Positions 9,362 through 16,466 of a stretch of DNA of 37,428 nucleotides are shown piece by piece (within the stretch, counting starts at the first letter, position 1; the number at the start of each line of letters is the position of its first letter). Source of the DNA: a virus (lineage: Duplodnaviria; Caudoviricetes); IMG/VR virus record IMGVR_UViG_3300045825_000120, positions 1 through 37,428 of that record, one strand, 5' to 3'. Under the pieces are notes generated by a model. It saw only the letters and a program-made list of their open reading frames with translations, made no database searches and was not told the DNA's origin. Made by a program: the position numbers and the translations under genes.

Positions 9362-9536
9362 TTTTCGTTTCTAGGCTTTTTAGGCGCAATACTTCCGCTA
9401 GTACCAACTCTTTTAGGTTTTTCAGTCCGTGAGGGTCTAAACGCTGGAAGTCTTGTATCGCCCAGTTTGCGTAAGTCTTGTCCAGTTTTGCTGTTTGAAT
9501 TATCGAGTTCACAAACTTTGCTTGGTATGGGGTCAT
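9354..9536 (-). CDS. Hypothetical protein
   Basis: 60 aa; more protein-like than the overlapping 9358..9540 frame. Confidence 0.5.
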   Translation of the reverse strand: MTPYQAKFVNSIIQTAKLDKTYANWAIQDFQRLDPHGLKNLKELVLAEVLRLKSLETKNE

Positions 9537-9539
9537 TCA

Positions 9540-9779
9540 TTATTCGTTCCAGTATCGTTTTTTATATTCTGCAAGCATTGCATCAGCGTAATCAAAAGAA
9601 CTTTCTGCCGTCAATTTGCAAAACCCATCCCAATCGTCCCGAAGCATTGCGTCTTGCTCATAATCAAGTTTTACACTCAATATACCCATCAACGCATTTC
9701 CAGCAAACTGCCTTAACGCCTCCAATTCACCATGTTTTTTATAATTTTTTATCATTTCTTCACTATTTGATTGACTCAT
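9540..9779 (-). CDS. Hypothetical phage protein
   Basis: RQFAGNALMG...SFDYADAMLAE pattern; GGAG RBS. Confidence 0.7.
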   Translation of the reverse strand: MSQSNSEEMIKNYKKHGELEALRQFAGNALMGILSVKLDYEQDAMLRDDWDGFCKLTAESSFDYADAMLAEYKKRYWNE

Positions 9780-9802
9780 TTAATTCTCCAGTTAAAGTTG
9801 AA

Positions 9803-9845
9803 ATTTTGCCTATTATTTTATGAATGTATATTAGGGTTTACCCTA
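9803..9845 (-). promoter_or_regulatory. TAGGG-N4-CCCTA site + 23 bp + CAAAAT (-10)
   Basis: Palindrome 9832-9845; -10 hexamer at 9808-9803. Confidence 0.7.
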
Positions 9846-10545
9846 GATTCCCTATTAAAGTTTTAAATGCTTTTGCTGCAACTTCCGGGTCTTGACCATT
9901 GCCGATAGCTTTAAGTCTGTGTGACCCAAAGGCCACCCCATTAAGTGTTCTGTCCAAGCCGGGTTTATCTTTCCCCCTGCGTGTGTGGCAAGTGATGGTG
10001 TTTTCCGGGTATATTCTGCCGGGTATGCCCCCTCCTTTGCATTGTGTGCTGTAGGGGTAGGCAAGTATGAATAACCTCTCTCGTACATGCTCACCTCCGA
10101 CTGAGGCAGACGAAAACACTCCCCATCTACAGTCATACCCCATCGAGGCAAGGTCACAGATAACTTGGTCAAGCCCTCGAACAATAAGGGCTGGACTGTT
10201 TTCAATGAATGCGAATTTCGGCAGTATTTCCCAAATAATTCTCTTGAATTCTTTCCATAATCCTGATTTATTTCCGTTAATTCCAGCCCCTTTCCCTGCT
10301 GTGCTAATGTCTTGACATGGAAAGCCTCCAGCCACAACGTCAACAACTCCACACCAAGGCTTACCGTCAAAGGTTCGCACGTCATCCCAAATCGGGAAAA
10401 GCGGGAAACATCCATCGTTTTGTCGTGCAACAAGCACGGCCTGTGCGTATGGTTCAAATTCAACGGCGCAGACTGTTCTGTGTCCAAGCAATTGCCCTCC
10501 GAGAATGCCTCCACCAGCGCCCGCGAATAAATGAAGCTCATTCAT
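9838..10545 (-). CDS. C5-cytosine DNA methyltransferase, catalytic (alpha-like) chain
   Basis: Motif I LFAGAGG, IV GFPCQD, VI ENS, VIII RER, X AIGNG; motif IX not evident. Confidence 0.92.
   Translation of the reverse strand: MNELHLFAGAGGGILGGQLLGHRTVCAVEFEPYAQAVLVARQNDGCFPLFPIWDDVRTFDGKPWCGVVDVVAGGFPCQDISTAGKGAGINGNKSGLWKEFKRIIWEILPKFAFIENSPALIVRGLDQVICDLASMGYDCRWGVFSSASVGGEHVRERLFILAYPYSTQCKGGGIPGRIYPENTITCHTRRGKDKPGLDRTLNGVAFGSHRLKAIGNGQDPEVAAKAFKTLIGNLG
9855..10541 (-). CDS. Alternative-frame partner (beta-like) chain of the C5 methyltransferase
   Basis: 228 stop-free codons nested in another frame; LPTPTA and INPAWTEHLMGWP (motif-IX-like). Confidence 0.7.
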   Translation of the reverse strand: MSFIYSRALVEAFSEGNCLDTEQSAPLNLNHTHRPCLLHDKTMDVSRFSRFGMTCEPLTVSLGVELLTLWLEAFHVKTLAQQGKGLELTEINQDYGKNSRELFGKYCRNSHSLKTVQPLLFEGLTKLSVTLPRWGMTVDGECFRLPQSEVSMYERGYSYLPTPTAHNAKEGAYPAEYTRKTPSLATHAGGKINPAWTEHLMGWPLGHTDLKLSAMVKTRKLQQKHLKL

Positions 10546-10574
10546 TTCCTACCTTTTTATGTTTCATGCTTTAA

Positions 10575-10617
10575 ATTTTATATATTATTTTTTATTTTTA
10601 TATTAGGGAAAACTCTA
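10575..10617 (-). promoter_or_regulatory. TAGGG-N4-CTCTA site + 23 bp + TAAAAT (-10)
   Basis: Site 10604-10617; -10 hexamer at 10580-10575. Confidence 0.7.
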
Positions 10618-10620
10618 GGT

Positions 10621-10812
10621 TTACTCTATTTCATTGTCAACAAAATAAAACCCACGCCAAGCCCCATTGTGATGTATTAGCCCTTGCATTCTTGCGTTGT
10701 CCAAAGTCTTGCGAACTTGCTTAATAGGCCATCCAGTTATCACTTGAATGTCGGTTACGCATAAACCGCCGTGGCGTAGCAGTTTGATTAGGGTTTGAGT
10801 TTTGTTTGTCAT
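10621..10812 (-). CDS. Small winged-HTH protein
   Basis: LIKLLRHGGLCVTDIQVITGWPIKQVRKTLDNARMQGLI; apparently leaderless. Confidence 0.65.
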   Translation of the reverse strand: MTNKTQTLIKLLRHGGLCVTDIQVITGWPIKQVRKTLDNARMQGLIHHNGAWRGFYFVDNEIE

Positions 10813-10818
10813 GTAAAA

Positions 10819-10861
10819 ATTTTAGCGCGGCTTTTTTTATTTGCACTAGGGATAAACCCTA
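10819..10861 (-). promoter_or_regulatory. TAGGG-N5-CCCTA site + 22 bp + TAAAAT, leaderless start
   Basis: Site 10847-10861; -10 at 10824-10819; ATG 6 nt downstream. Confidence 0.65.
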
Positions 10862-11271
10862 TGTTTGGACGCTTTAACCCTTAATACATAAATACCTAAG
10901 AGATATAAACCTACTTAACTTCTATTAACTCCAAGGGGCTTCGAGCATACCTAGCCTTTCCTCAATAAAGAAGAAAAGCCTTCAGTCAGTTATCCAGTGG
11001 GGAACATTGACACCCGACAGCCATACGGTTCATAGGTGCTATCTTCGCCGCCTATCTGTGTGCTATTTCAGAACCTTTCCCACCAGTAGCACTTCTCAAC
11101 TAAAACCGCTGTTGACGCTGCTAAGCCCGCCCAGTTCTAATCTAGTCTTTGAGAGTAACTTAAACGCAAAAAAGCCCTTAAAGTTTCTACTCTCCTGCTG
11201 GCACAGTACCTATTTAAAGGTTTGAAAGTAGAGGCTTTAAGGGCTTCTGTTGTCGTTGTGCCAGCAAAGAC
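10862..11271 (-). ncRNA. Candidate structured non-coding RNA / replication-origin region
   Basis: No minus-strand ORF of 60 aa or more; about 8 helices, several needing G-U pairs that form only on the minus strand; upstream sigma70-like promoter. Confidence 0.55.
11168..11246 (-). terminator. Long stem-loop followed by U-tract (terminator/attenuator)
   Basis: AAGCCCTTAAAG..TCTACTTTC pairs with GAGAGTAGA..CTTTAAGGGCTT, then TTTT. Confidence 0.7.
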
Positions 11272-11277
11272 ATAACG

Positions 11278-11307
11278 ACTATAACACACTATTTATCAAC
11301 TGTGCAA
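11278..11307 (-). promoter_or_regulatory. Sigma70-like promoter TTGCAC-N18-TATAGT (extended -10)
   Basis: Read directly from sequence; predicted +1 near 11271, at the start of the first hairpin. Confidence 0.6.
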
Positions 11308-11688
11308 GTTTTTTATCCTTTGCGTTGCTTCACGCACTTTAGCCATCATTTCTGCGCTAGGAGGTGTCCAAGTAGCCTCATGCTTTTTAATCGCCACCAG
11401 CGCGGGATTAAGCACTACTACGGGCGCTTCTGGTATATCACAACCATCCCAACGTTGTTGATTCAAGTAAGTAATAGGCATAGGGATAAAAGCACCTCTA
11501 TCCTTTAGCCAATCAGGTGTTGTTTTCAGCCAAGCAATGTGCTTCAAAATAGTTTCAAGTTGGTTATCATATCCAAACTTAGCCCACTTTGCAGCACACA
11601 TTGATTTAGCAGCTTTTCGTTGGTAGCCGCCTACGGTGTTAGAAGGCCATGCAGCCCAAAATAGGTCAAAGTTATTCAGAGTCTGCAT
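11296..11688 (-). CDS. Replication initiator-like protein, C-terminal domain only
   Basis: FDLFWAAWP...RKAAKSMCAAKWAK...FIPMPITYLNQQRWD resembles the C-terminal module of phage replisome organisers; no N-terminal HTH. Confidence 0.65.
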   Translation of the reverse strand: MQTLNNFDLFWAAWPSNTVGGYQRKAAKSMCAAKWAKFGYDNQLETILKHIAWLKTTPDWLKDRGAFIPMPITYLNQQRWDGCDIPEAPVVVLNPALVAIKKHEATWTPPSAEMMAKVREATQRIKNLHS

Positions 11689-11896
11689 TTAGGTTATCCT
11701 CATTCATTTTATCTATATCTTGGATTTCCTGTATAAATTCATTTATGTTTTCTTGAAATTTAATCAGTTGTTCGATTGTTAACAGTACCAGCATAGGCTC
11801 ATTAAATGTTTCATGCTGTTTAATGCATAAATATCCGCCTTCTGACACGTAAATTTCTGTTTTTTGAGCTTCTTTCATTCTTAAAATCACTTTCAT
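11672..11896 (-). CDS. Hypothetical protein
   Basis: 74 aa; CAGGAG RBS. Confidence 0.65.
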   Translation of the reverse strand: MKVILRMKEAQKTEIYVSEGGYLCIKQHETFNEPMLVLLTIEQLIKFQENINEFIQEIQDIDKMNEDNLNADSE

Positions 11897-11916
11897 ATCT
11901 CCTGTTTAGGGTTAAC

Positions 11917-12117
11917 TTATTTTTTGCTAGGCTTTATACGATAGATTTTGAACGAACCGCTTACGTGCCACTTGTCCTCAATGTCATAGCCTAATTTTCG
12001 AAGTTCTCCTACTCGTGTTGATAGCTTCATCGTGCCAGCTTGTTCTAGGGCTTCAAGGCCGCTTATCCAGCGTTTGAGGGCTTTGAGAATGCGGGAGCGT
12101 TGTGTTTGTTGTTTCAT
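11917..12117 (-). CDS. Winged-HTH protein (HTH_39-like)
   Basis: QRSRILKAL...ISGLEAL...KLSTRVGELRKLGYDI. Confidence 0.75.
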   Translation of the reverse strand: MKQQTQRSRILKALKRWISGLEALEQAGTMKLSTRVGELRKLGYDIEDKWHVSGSFKIYRIKPSKK

Positions 12118-12141
12118 GTTTAATCCTAGTTGAAAAATTAA

Positions 12142-12184
12142 ATTATCTCAGTCTAAATCAATAAATCTATTAGGATAAACCCTT
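12142..12184 (-). promoter_or_regulatory. Degenerate TAGGA-N4-CCCTT site + 23 bp + GATAAT
   Basis: Site 12171-12184; -10 hexamer at 12147-12142. Confidence 0.6.
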
Positions 12185-12371
12185 AGATTTTGCAATGTTT
12201 GATAACATTTGTTTTATCTGACTCATCTTTGCTTGCTATGTGTATTTGATTCTTAGAATCAGCCAAAACAATCTTTTCGCGCTGTGCTTTGGGTGCATTG
12301 GATAGTTGAATGGTTCGCCAGTCGGGGGTTAGCTTGATTTGAGCTGCATAAGTTTTCGAGAATGGGTTCAT
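12183..12371 (-). CDS. Hypothetical protein
   Basis: 62 aa; ATGA-coupled to upstream ORF. Confidence 0.55.
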   Translation of the reverse strand: MNPFSKTYAAQIKLTPDWRTIQLSNAPKAQREKIVLADSKNQIHIASKDESDKTNVIKHCKI

Positions 12372-12532
12372 TTTTTATCTTTCATTTGTTCATGTTTTTT
12401 ATCAATCCAACGTGTAAACCATGCGGTTTTAACTACGCCAGCGCCTCCGTAGTATTGAAATAATTCACGCAGCTTTACCCATGTTTCAGGGGCTAGGCGT
12501 ATCGTGCCTGTGATTGTTTTGGGTTTGTTCAT
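12368..12532 (-). CDS. 54-aa putative ribbon-helix-helix regulator (not in ORF track)
   Basis: MNKPKTITGTIRLAPETWVKLRELFQYYGG...; strand-helix pattern; first gene of the leftward arm; leaderless. Confidence 0.55.
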   Translation of the reverse strand: MNKPKTITGTIRLAPETWVKLRELFQYYGGAGVVKTAWFTRWIDKKHEQMKDKK

Positions 12533-12539
12533 GTGCTAT

Positions 12540-12568
12540 ACTGTAACACACAAAACAAGCCTTATCAA
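12540..12568 (-). promoter_or_regulatory. Leftward sigma70 promoter TTGATA-N17-TACAGT
   Basis: ATG at 12532 lies 7 nt after the -10. Confidence 0.65.
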
Positions 12569-12579
12569 TAAATTTATAC

Positions 12580-12593
12580 TAGGGAAAGCCCTA
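12580..12593. promoter_or_regulatory. TAGGG-AAAG-CCCTA site between divergent promoters
   Basis: Perfect half-sites. Confidence 0.7.
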
Positions 12594-12614
12594 ATAAAAT
12601 AAATTACAAAATAG

Positions 12615-12642
12615 TTGAAGCGTATCACAATAGGCATATAAT
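12615..12642 (+). promoter_or_regulatory. Rightward sigma70 promoter TTGAAG-N16-TATAAT
   Basis: Consensus -10, followed by leader hairpin GCC..GC..GC..GGC and CAGGAG RBS. Confidence 0.6.
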
Positions 12643-12689
12643 TCATACATGCCAAGCAATAACGCAAGGCGATAACAGGAGATTAGACA

Positions 12690-13064
12690 ATGAGCGATTA
12701 CGACAACCTACGCGAAGACGACTACGAACGCAAGCTAGAAGCATCTAACGAAGCCAGAGACGCTTCAATCGAGTTTTACCGTGAGAACTGGCTTACAGCT
12801 GTGACGGTTTCTCCTGAGAAGTCACATGGTAACTTTCCAGATGTGAGCGAATACGTTGGCAAAAACTTTGACCTAAAGCGAGTTTATCGCCCCGCTAATT
12901 CTGTTGATGTATTTTGTGAAGAGCTAAACAACAATGATTTTATGGCTCGAGCTGCAAAGATATTGATTAGCCTGCAAGGGTGTGGAAGCAATAGGATTGA
13001 CCAACTATTTGACGACATGGCAGAAAGCTATGCTGAAAATCAATACGAACAATCACAGGAGTAA
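12690..13064 (+). CDS. Acidic early hypothetical protein
   Basis: 124 aa; strong RBS. Confidence 0.75.
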   Translation: MSDYDNLREDDYERKLEASNEARDASIEFYRENWLTAVTVSPEKSHGNFPDVSEYVGKNFDLKRVYRPANSVDVFCEELNNNDFMARAAKILISLQGCGSNRIDQLFDDMAESYAENQYEQSQE

Positions 13065-13067
13065 ATT

Positions 13068-13322
13068 ATGCGAGCACCAATAGGAAGTACCCTAGCCCTC
13101 GGGTTAATCTCAGTTATTATGCTAATCGGGCTTGAAAAAGCCCATGATAGCGAACTAGCAGAAGTCCATAAAGACGGCGTGGCAGTAGGCTACAAGTTGG
13201 GTCAAGCTGATTTAACCGAGAAAATGACTAAACGAGTGACATCTGAAAAGTGTATGTCGTTTTGGTTTTCTGATAACCCTACGAGAGTAGGTGAAGCAAT
13301 TAAAAAGGTGAAACTGCAATGA
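13068..13322 (+). CDS. Membrane-anchored hypothetical protein
   Basis: N-terminal hydrophobic helix; CAGGAG RBS. Confidence 0.7.
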   Translation: MRAPIGSTLALGLISVIMLIGLEKAHDSELAEVHKDGVAVGYKLGQADLTEKMTKRVTSEKCMSFWFSDNPTRVGEAIKKVKLQ

Positions 13323-13747
13323 AAGAATTTAATCATCAGGATATTTGGCGCTTACATGGAACTGATTTTTTGGTGACCGTAGTACGCACAACAGTTGATG
13401 TATCACCTGAATACAACTTTGACAACTTAGGTTCAAATCGATGGGCAGTTTATGCCTACATCTATCCGAAGCATACATGTTTCGCAGGATTTGATGATTC
13501 TGGAATGTTTCAAGATGCTGCAAGGGCTTTGCACTTTCATGGTGGGCCGTCATTTTTACAGTTTCACTTTGACAAAGCTGGCAAAAAACAGAGTGTTCAA
13601 GTAGGCGCGGATTACAACCACTTGTATGACGAGGAATATTCATATTACGCAACCAAAGATGATGCATTTCGAGTGTTTGACGATGCTGTGCAGTTGTATG
13701 CATACCTGCAAAAAATGCAGGAAATAGCGAAGGATTTAATCAAATGA
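13319..13747 (+). CDS. Phage protein with HGG...G.D..H motif
   Basis: FHGGPSF...VGADYNHLYD. Confidence 0.7.
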   Translation: MKEFNHQDIWRLHGTDFLVTVVRTTVDVSPEYNFDNLGSNRWAVYAYIYPKHTCFAGFDDSGMFQDAARALHFHGGPSFLQFHFDKAGKKQSVQVGADYNHLYDEEYSYYATKDDAFRVFDDAVQLYAYLQKMQEIAKDLIK

Positions 13748-13932
13748 ACTGCTGTAACTCTTTTGGACAATGTACTCAGGGCTTTAACTGTCCAGCCCAT
13801 GCACAAAAATATGATGAAAAAGACGATGCACCGCCACTTGGCTATTGTCATGACTTTTTAGCTATGCTTGCAATATGGGTTCTTGGTATCGTGCTTGGAA
13901 TTGTCGGAACTATTTTGTTTTTACTAGGGTAA
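13744..13932 (+). CDS. Cys-rich small membrane protein
   Basis: MNCCNSFGQCTQGFNCP plus C-terminal TM helix. Confidence 0.65.
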   Translation: MNCCNSFGQCTQGFNCPAHAQKYDEKDDAPPLGYCHDFLAMLAIWVLGIVLGIVGTILFLLG

Positions 13933-13967
13933 TCCCTAATATGAATTTATTTTTTTAAGCGGATAAT
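13925..13967 (+). promoter_or_regulatory. TAGGG-N4-CCCTA site + 23 bp + GATAAT
   Basis: Site 13925-13938; -10 hexamer at 13962-13967. Confidence 0.75.
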
Positions 13968-13988
13968 TTTAGATTTACAGGGGAATAT

Positions 13989-14093
13989 ATGATTGATTTT
14001 TTTAAACTTTATAAACTCTATCGAGTAGCCCACGGACGCAAATATGCCTTGCACCGTGCTTATGAAATTACTTTTAAGGGGATTCCATTTTGA
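13989..14093 (+). CDS. 34-aa peptide (not in ORF track)
   Basis: [34 protein letters not shown]; AGGGA RBS; TTGA overlap with erf start. Confidence 0.55.
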   Translation: MIDFFKLYKLYRVAHGRKYALHRAYEITFKGIPF

Positions 14094-14728
14094 ACATTTA
14101 CGAAAAACTAAACTTAGCTAGGGAAATATTCCACAAAACCGAACTAAAGAAAACAGGTTACAACTCGTTTGCAAAGTATTACTATTTTGAACTCGGTGAT
14201 TTTCTAATCCCTGCGCTTAAAATTTTCAAAGAGGTTTCATTGTGCGCGATTGTCTCATTCGATAAAGACATTGCAAAAATGACCATCATTGACATTGAAA
14301 AGCCAGAGTCAACCATCGTACTGACTAGCCCTATGGGTAGCGCCGCACTAAAGGGTTGCCATGAGGTGCAAAACATTGGGGCAGTAGAGACATACCAAAG
14401 ACGCTATTTATGGGTTGCAGCGCTTGAAATCGTGGAGCATGATGCATTGGACGCGACTACTGGCAGTGACAAGCCAAAAGCCCCGATTATCCCAGCAAGT
14501 CCAAAAACCGACGACCTAGGGCTTACCGCTGACCGCTTGGCAATTGTTCAACTGGTAGCGGAAAACATCAAAGAATTGTTTACTAAAAACGATATTGTCG
14601 GGGCTTATGAAGAGCGTATTGGGGTTATTGACGGTGATGAAATCATTGCTTTAAACAATCTTTTAGACTCTAAAACTCGCTCGGCACTCAAAACCCATCA
14701 TCAATCACTTCAACCAAAGAAAGCATAA
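14090..14728 (+). CDS. erf: ERF-family single-strand annealing protein
   Basis: [18 protein letters not shown]...[14 protein letters not shown]...EHDALD. Confidence 0.85.
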   Translation: MNIYEKLNLAREIFHKTELKKTGYNSFAKYYYFELGDFLIPALKIFKEVSLCAIVSFDKDIAKMTIIDIEKPESTIVLTSPMGSAALKGCHEVQNIGAVETYQRRYLWVAALEIVEHDALDATTGSDKPKAPIIPASPKTDDLGLTADRLAIVQLVAENIKELFTKNDIVGAYEERIGVIDGDEIIALNNLLDSKTRSALKTHHQSLQPKKA

Positions 14729-14730
14729 AA

Positions 14731-15048
14731 ATGAGCAACTATGACCAAACCAACTCAGGTATCCTTTCGCGCAATGACCGCAAAGAAAAAGAGACGCACC
14801 CAGACTTCAAAGGTTCTATCAATGTAGAAGGCCGCGAGTATTGGCTATCAGGATGGGTTAAGACTAAAAAAGACAATTCAGGCAAGTTTTTTAGCCTCTC
14901 AGTCAAAGCAAAAGACGAGCAACCAGCCAAGGCTATACCAATGCCAACAAAGGCGCGTACAGGCGGTTCTAGTGGATTTGAAGATATGGACGATGACGTG
15001 CCCTTCCGTGACCCACTAGCAAACCGAGCTTACAGTTTAGCAATTTAA
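14731..15048 (+). CDS. Single-stranded DNA-binding protein (DUF736-like)
   Basis: [20 protein letters not shown] core; DMDDDVPF acidic motif near the C-terminus; follows erf. Confidence 0.75.
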   Translation: MSNYDQTNSGILSRNDRKEKETHPDFKGSINVEGREYWLSGWVKTKKDNSGKFFSLSVKAKDEQPAKAIPMPTKARTGGSSGFEDMDDDVPFRDPLANRAYSLAI

Positions 15049-15190
15049 CGAACATGTAATGAAGTCAATCTCCTCCATAATCCCCCGCTAATTATGCAAT
15101 GTTTCCGATGTTTACCCACAAAAGGCAAATCAAAAGCACTGACTTCTACCATCGCGTTCATGGTGCTAAATCGGTTACGAGCGGGTTACT

Positions 15191-15233
15191 TAGGGTTTCC
15201 CCTAGTATCTATTTAAAAAATAGTCTATAAAAT
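15191..15233 (+). promoter_or_regulatory. TAGGG-N4-CCCTA site + 23 bp + TAAAAT
   Basis: Site 15191-15204; -10 hexamer at 15228-15233. Confidence 0.75.
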
Positions 15234-15247
15234 TTTAGTTTTAACCA

Positions 15248-15517
15248 ATGGAGAATGAAATGAAGCGACAAATAGAAAGATGGAAAATTTGCAACCCATC
15301 TGCAATGATTACAGACCAAAGCGAAGCTGCTGCAATTTTTGCAATGGAAGATGCACGGCATGATATTTTAGAATTAAATGATGAAGTTGTGAGATTGAAG
15401 TCTCTTTTGAGAATGGCTGCATACCCACGACGAGGGACAGACGAAGAATCATTGGATATTTTTAACTTTGCTAATGTTGTTCAATCTGTATATACATCAG
15501 AATCACTTGGAGAATGA
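15248..15517 (+). CDS. Hypothetical protein
   Basis: 89-aa ORF; GGAG RBS before internal ATG. Confidence 0.65.
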   Translation: MENEMKRQIERWKICNPSAMITDQSEAAAIFAMEDARHDILELNDEVVRLKSLLRMAAYPRRGTDEESLDIFNFANVVQSVYTSESLGE

Positions 15518-15518
15518 A

Positions 15519-16466
15519 ATGACAGTACCAAAAATTACACAAAATCATTACGAAAAAGCATGGTCAACGTTTTCAACTTCTGTACTCGTACCGTCAGCAG
15601 TTACTATTTGCAACAAAGCCATAGAGATAGCACAAGCAGAGACCGAGCAATCCGAATACATCACAGCAGCACAGGCGCGTAAGTTGGGTGCGGGGAATGC
15701 TAAATACCAATACGACAGGGGTGAATGGAAAGTCTGCGGTAAATGGTGTGTGTACAACGATGGTAGCATGTGGAATTACCGCGCCATCAAGCAAGCACAG
15801 CCTGAACCGCAATATCGGAAAATCGAAGGTGTTGACCATGACCCTCGTTATGAGCCAGTAGACCCACACGCCGCCCTTCGCGCTGAGTATGCCAAGCAAG
15901 TGGCAGAGGGCACGGTTGGGTTTTATTTGTGGGAGTTTATTTGCACAGGTGAATTTGTTAGCTACATAGACTGCATGGACTCACCAAAATTCGCAAATGG
16001 ATTTCAATACCGCTGCACAGACATAAGCTGCTACGTTTCAAAAGACGGTGAGCCAGCTATCAGGATGTTACGCACTGAGGCGCAAGAATTGCAGCGCAGC
16101 TTGGGTGATACGGTTGAGTGGCGTGACCCAAGTGAGTTGAGTCCTTGGGGCAGTCGCATACTTTGCTTTGATGCAATTGGCATCTACACCTACCATACTA
16201 AAGCCACTATCAAACTAAACGGTGAAATGATGAGCCGTGACGCTGCTTGGAGGCTAATTTCTTTAAGTGATAAAGATTTGTTTTACCTTTGGGATGATTC
16301 AGTTGAATGGAATCTTAGTGAGGTTAAAAGCTGTGGTGAATTGAATAAGCACAATTTTCGAGCTTGTGAATACCAACTCCGCCTCAAGCCTGCCAAGGTG
16401 GTGGCGTGGACAGGTAGCCGTGATGATGTGATTGCTTTGCTTAAAGAATTGGAGCTATTGAAATGA
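15519..16466 (+). CDS. Hypothetical protein with about four degenerate aromatic-rich repeats
   Basis: ATG at 15519 after GGAG; repeats end NYRAIK, QYRCTD, TYHTK, EYQLRLKP. Confidence 0.65.
   Translation: MTVPKITQNHYEKAWSTFSTSVLVPSAVTICNKAIEIAQAETEQSEYITAAQARKLGAGNAKYQYDRGEWKVCGKWCVYNDGSMWNYRAIKQAQPEPQYRKIEGVDHDPRYEPVDPHAALRAEYAKQVAEGTVGFYLWEFICTGEFVSYIDCMDSPKFANGFQYRCTDISCYVSKDGEPAIRMLRTEAQELQRSLGDTVEWRDPSELSPWGSRILCFDAIGIYTYHTKATIKLNGEMMSRDAAWRLISLSDKDLFYLWDDSVEWNLSEVKSCGELNKHNFRACEYQLRLKPAKVVAWTGSRDDVIALLKELELLK

Noticed and set aside
9358-9540. Alternative 60-aa frame
   Set aside because: Overlaps 9354..9536, which looks more protein-like; no motif supports dual coding
11007-11225. 72-aa plus-strand ORF in the structured region
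   Set aside because: TTG start, no clear RBS, antisense to the local direction and overlapping the hairpins
8277-15204. CRISPR or REP array from the TAGGG palindromes
   Set aside because: Sites are 14-15 bp, dispersed and tied to promoters, not regularly spaced
15049-15247. Possible ~40-aa ORFs after the SSB gene
   Set aside because: Two competing frames without a convincing RBS
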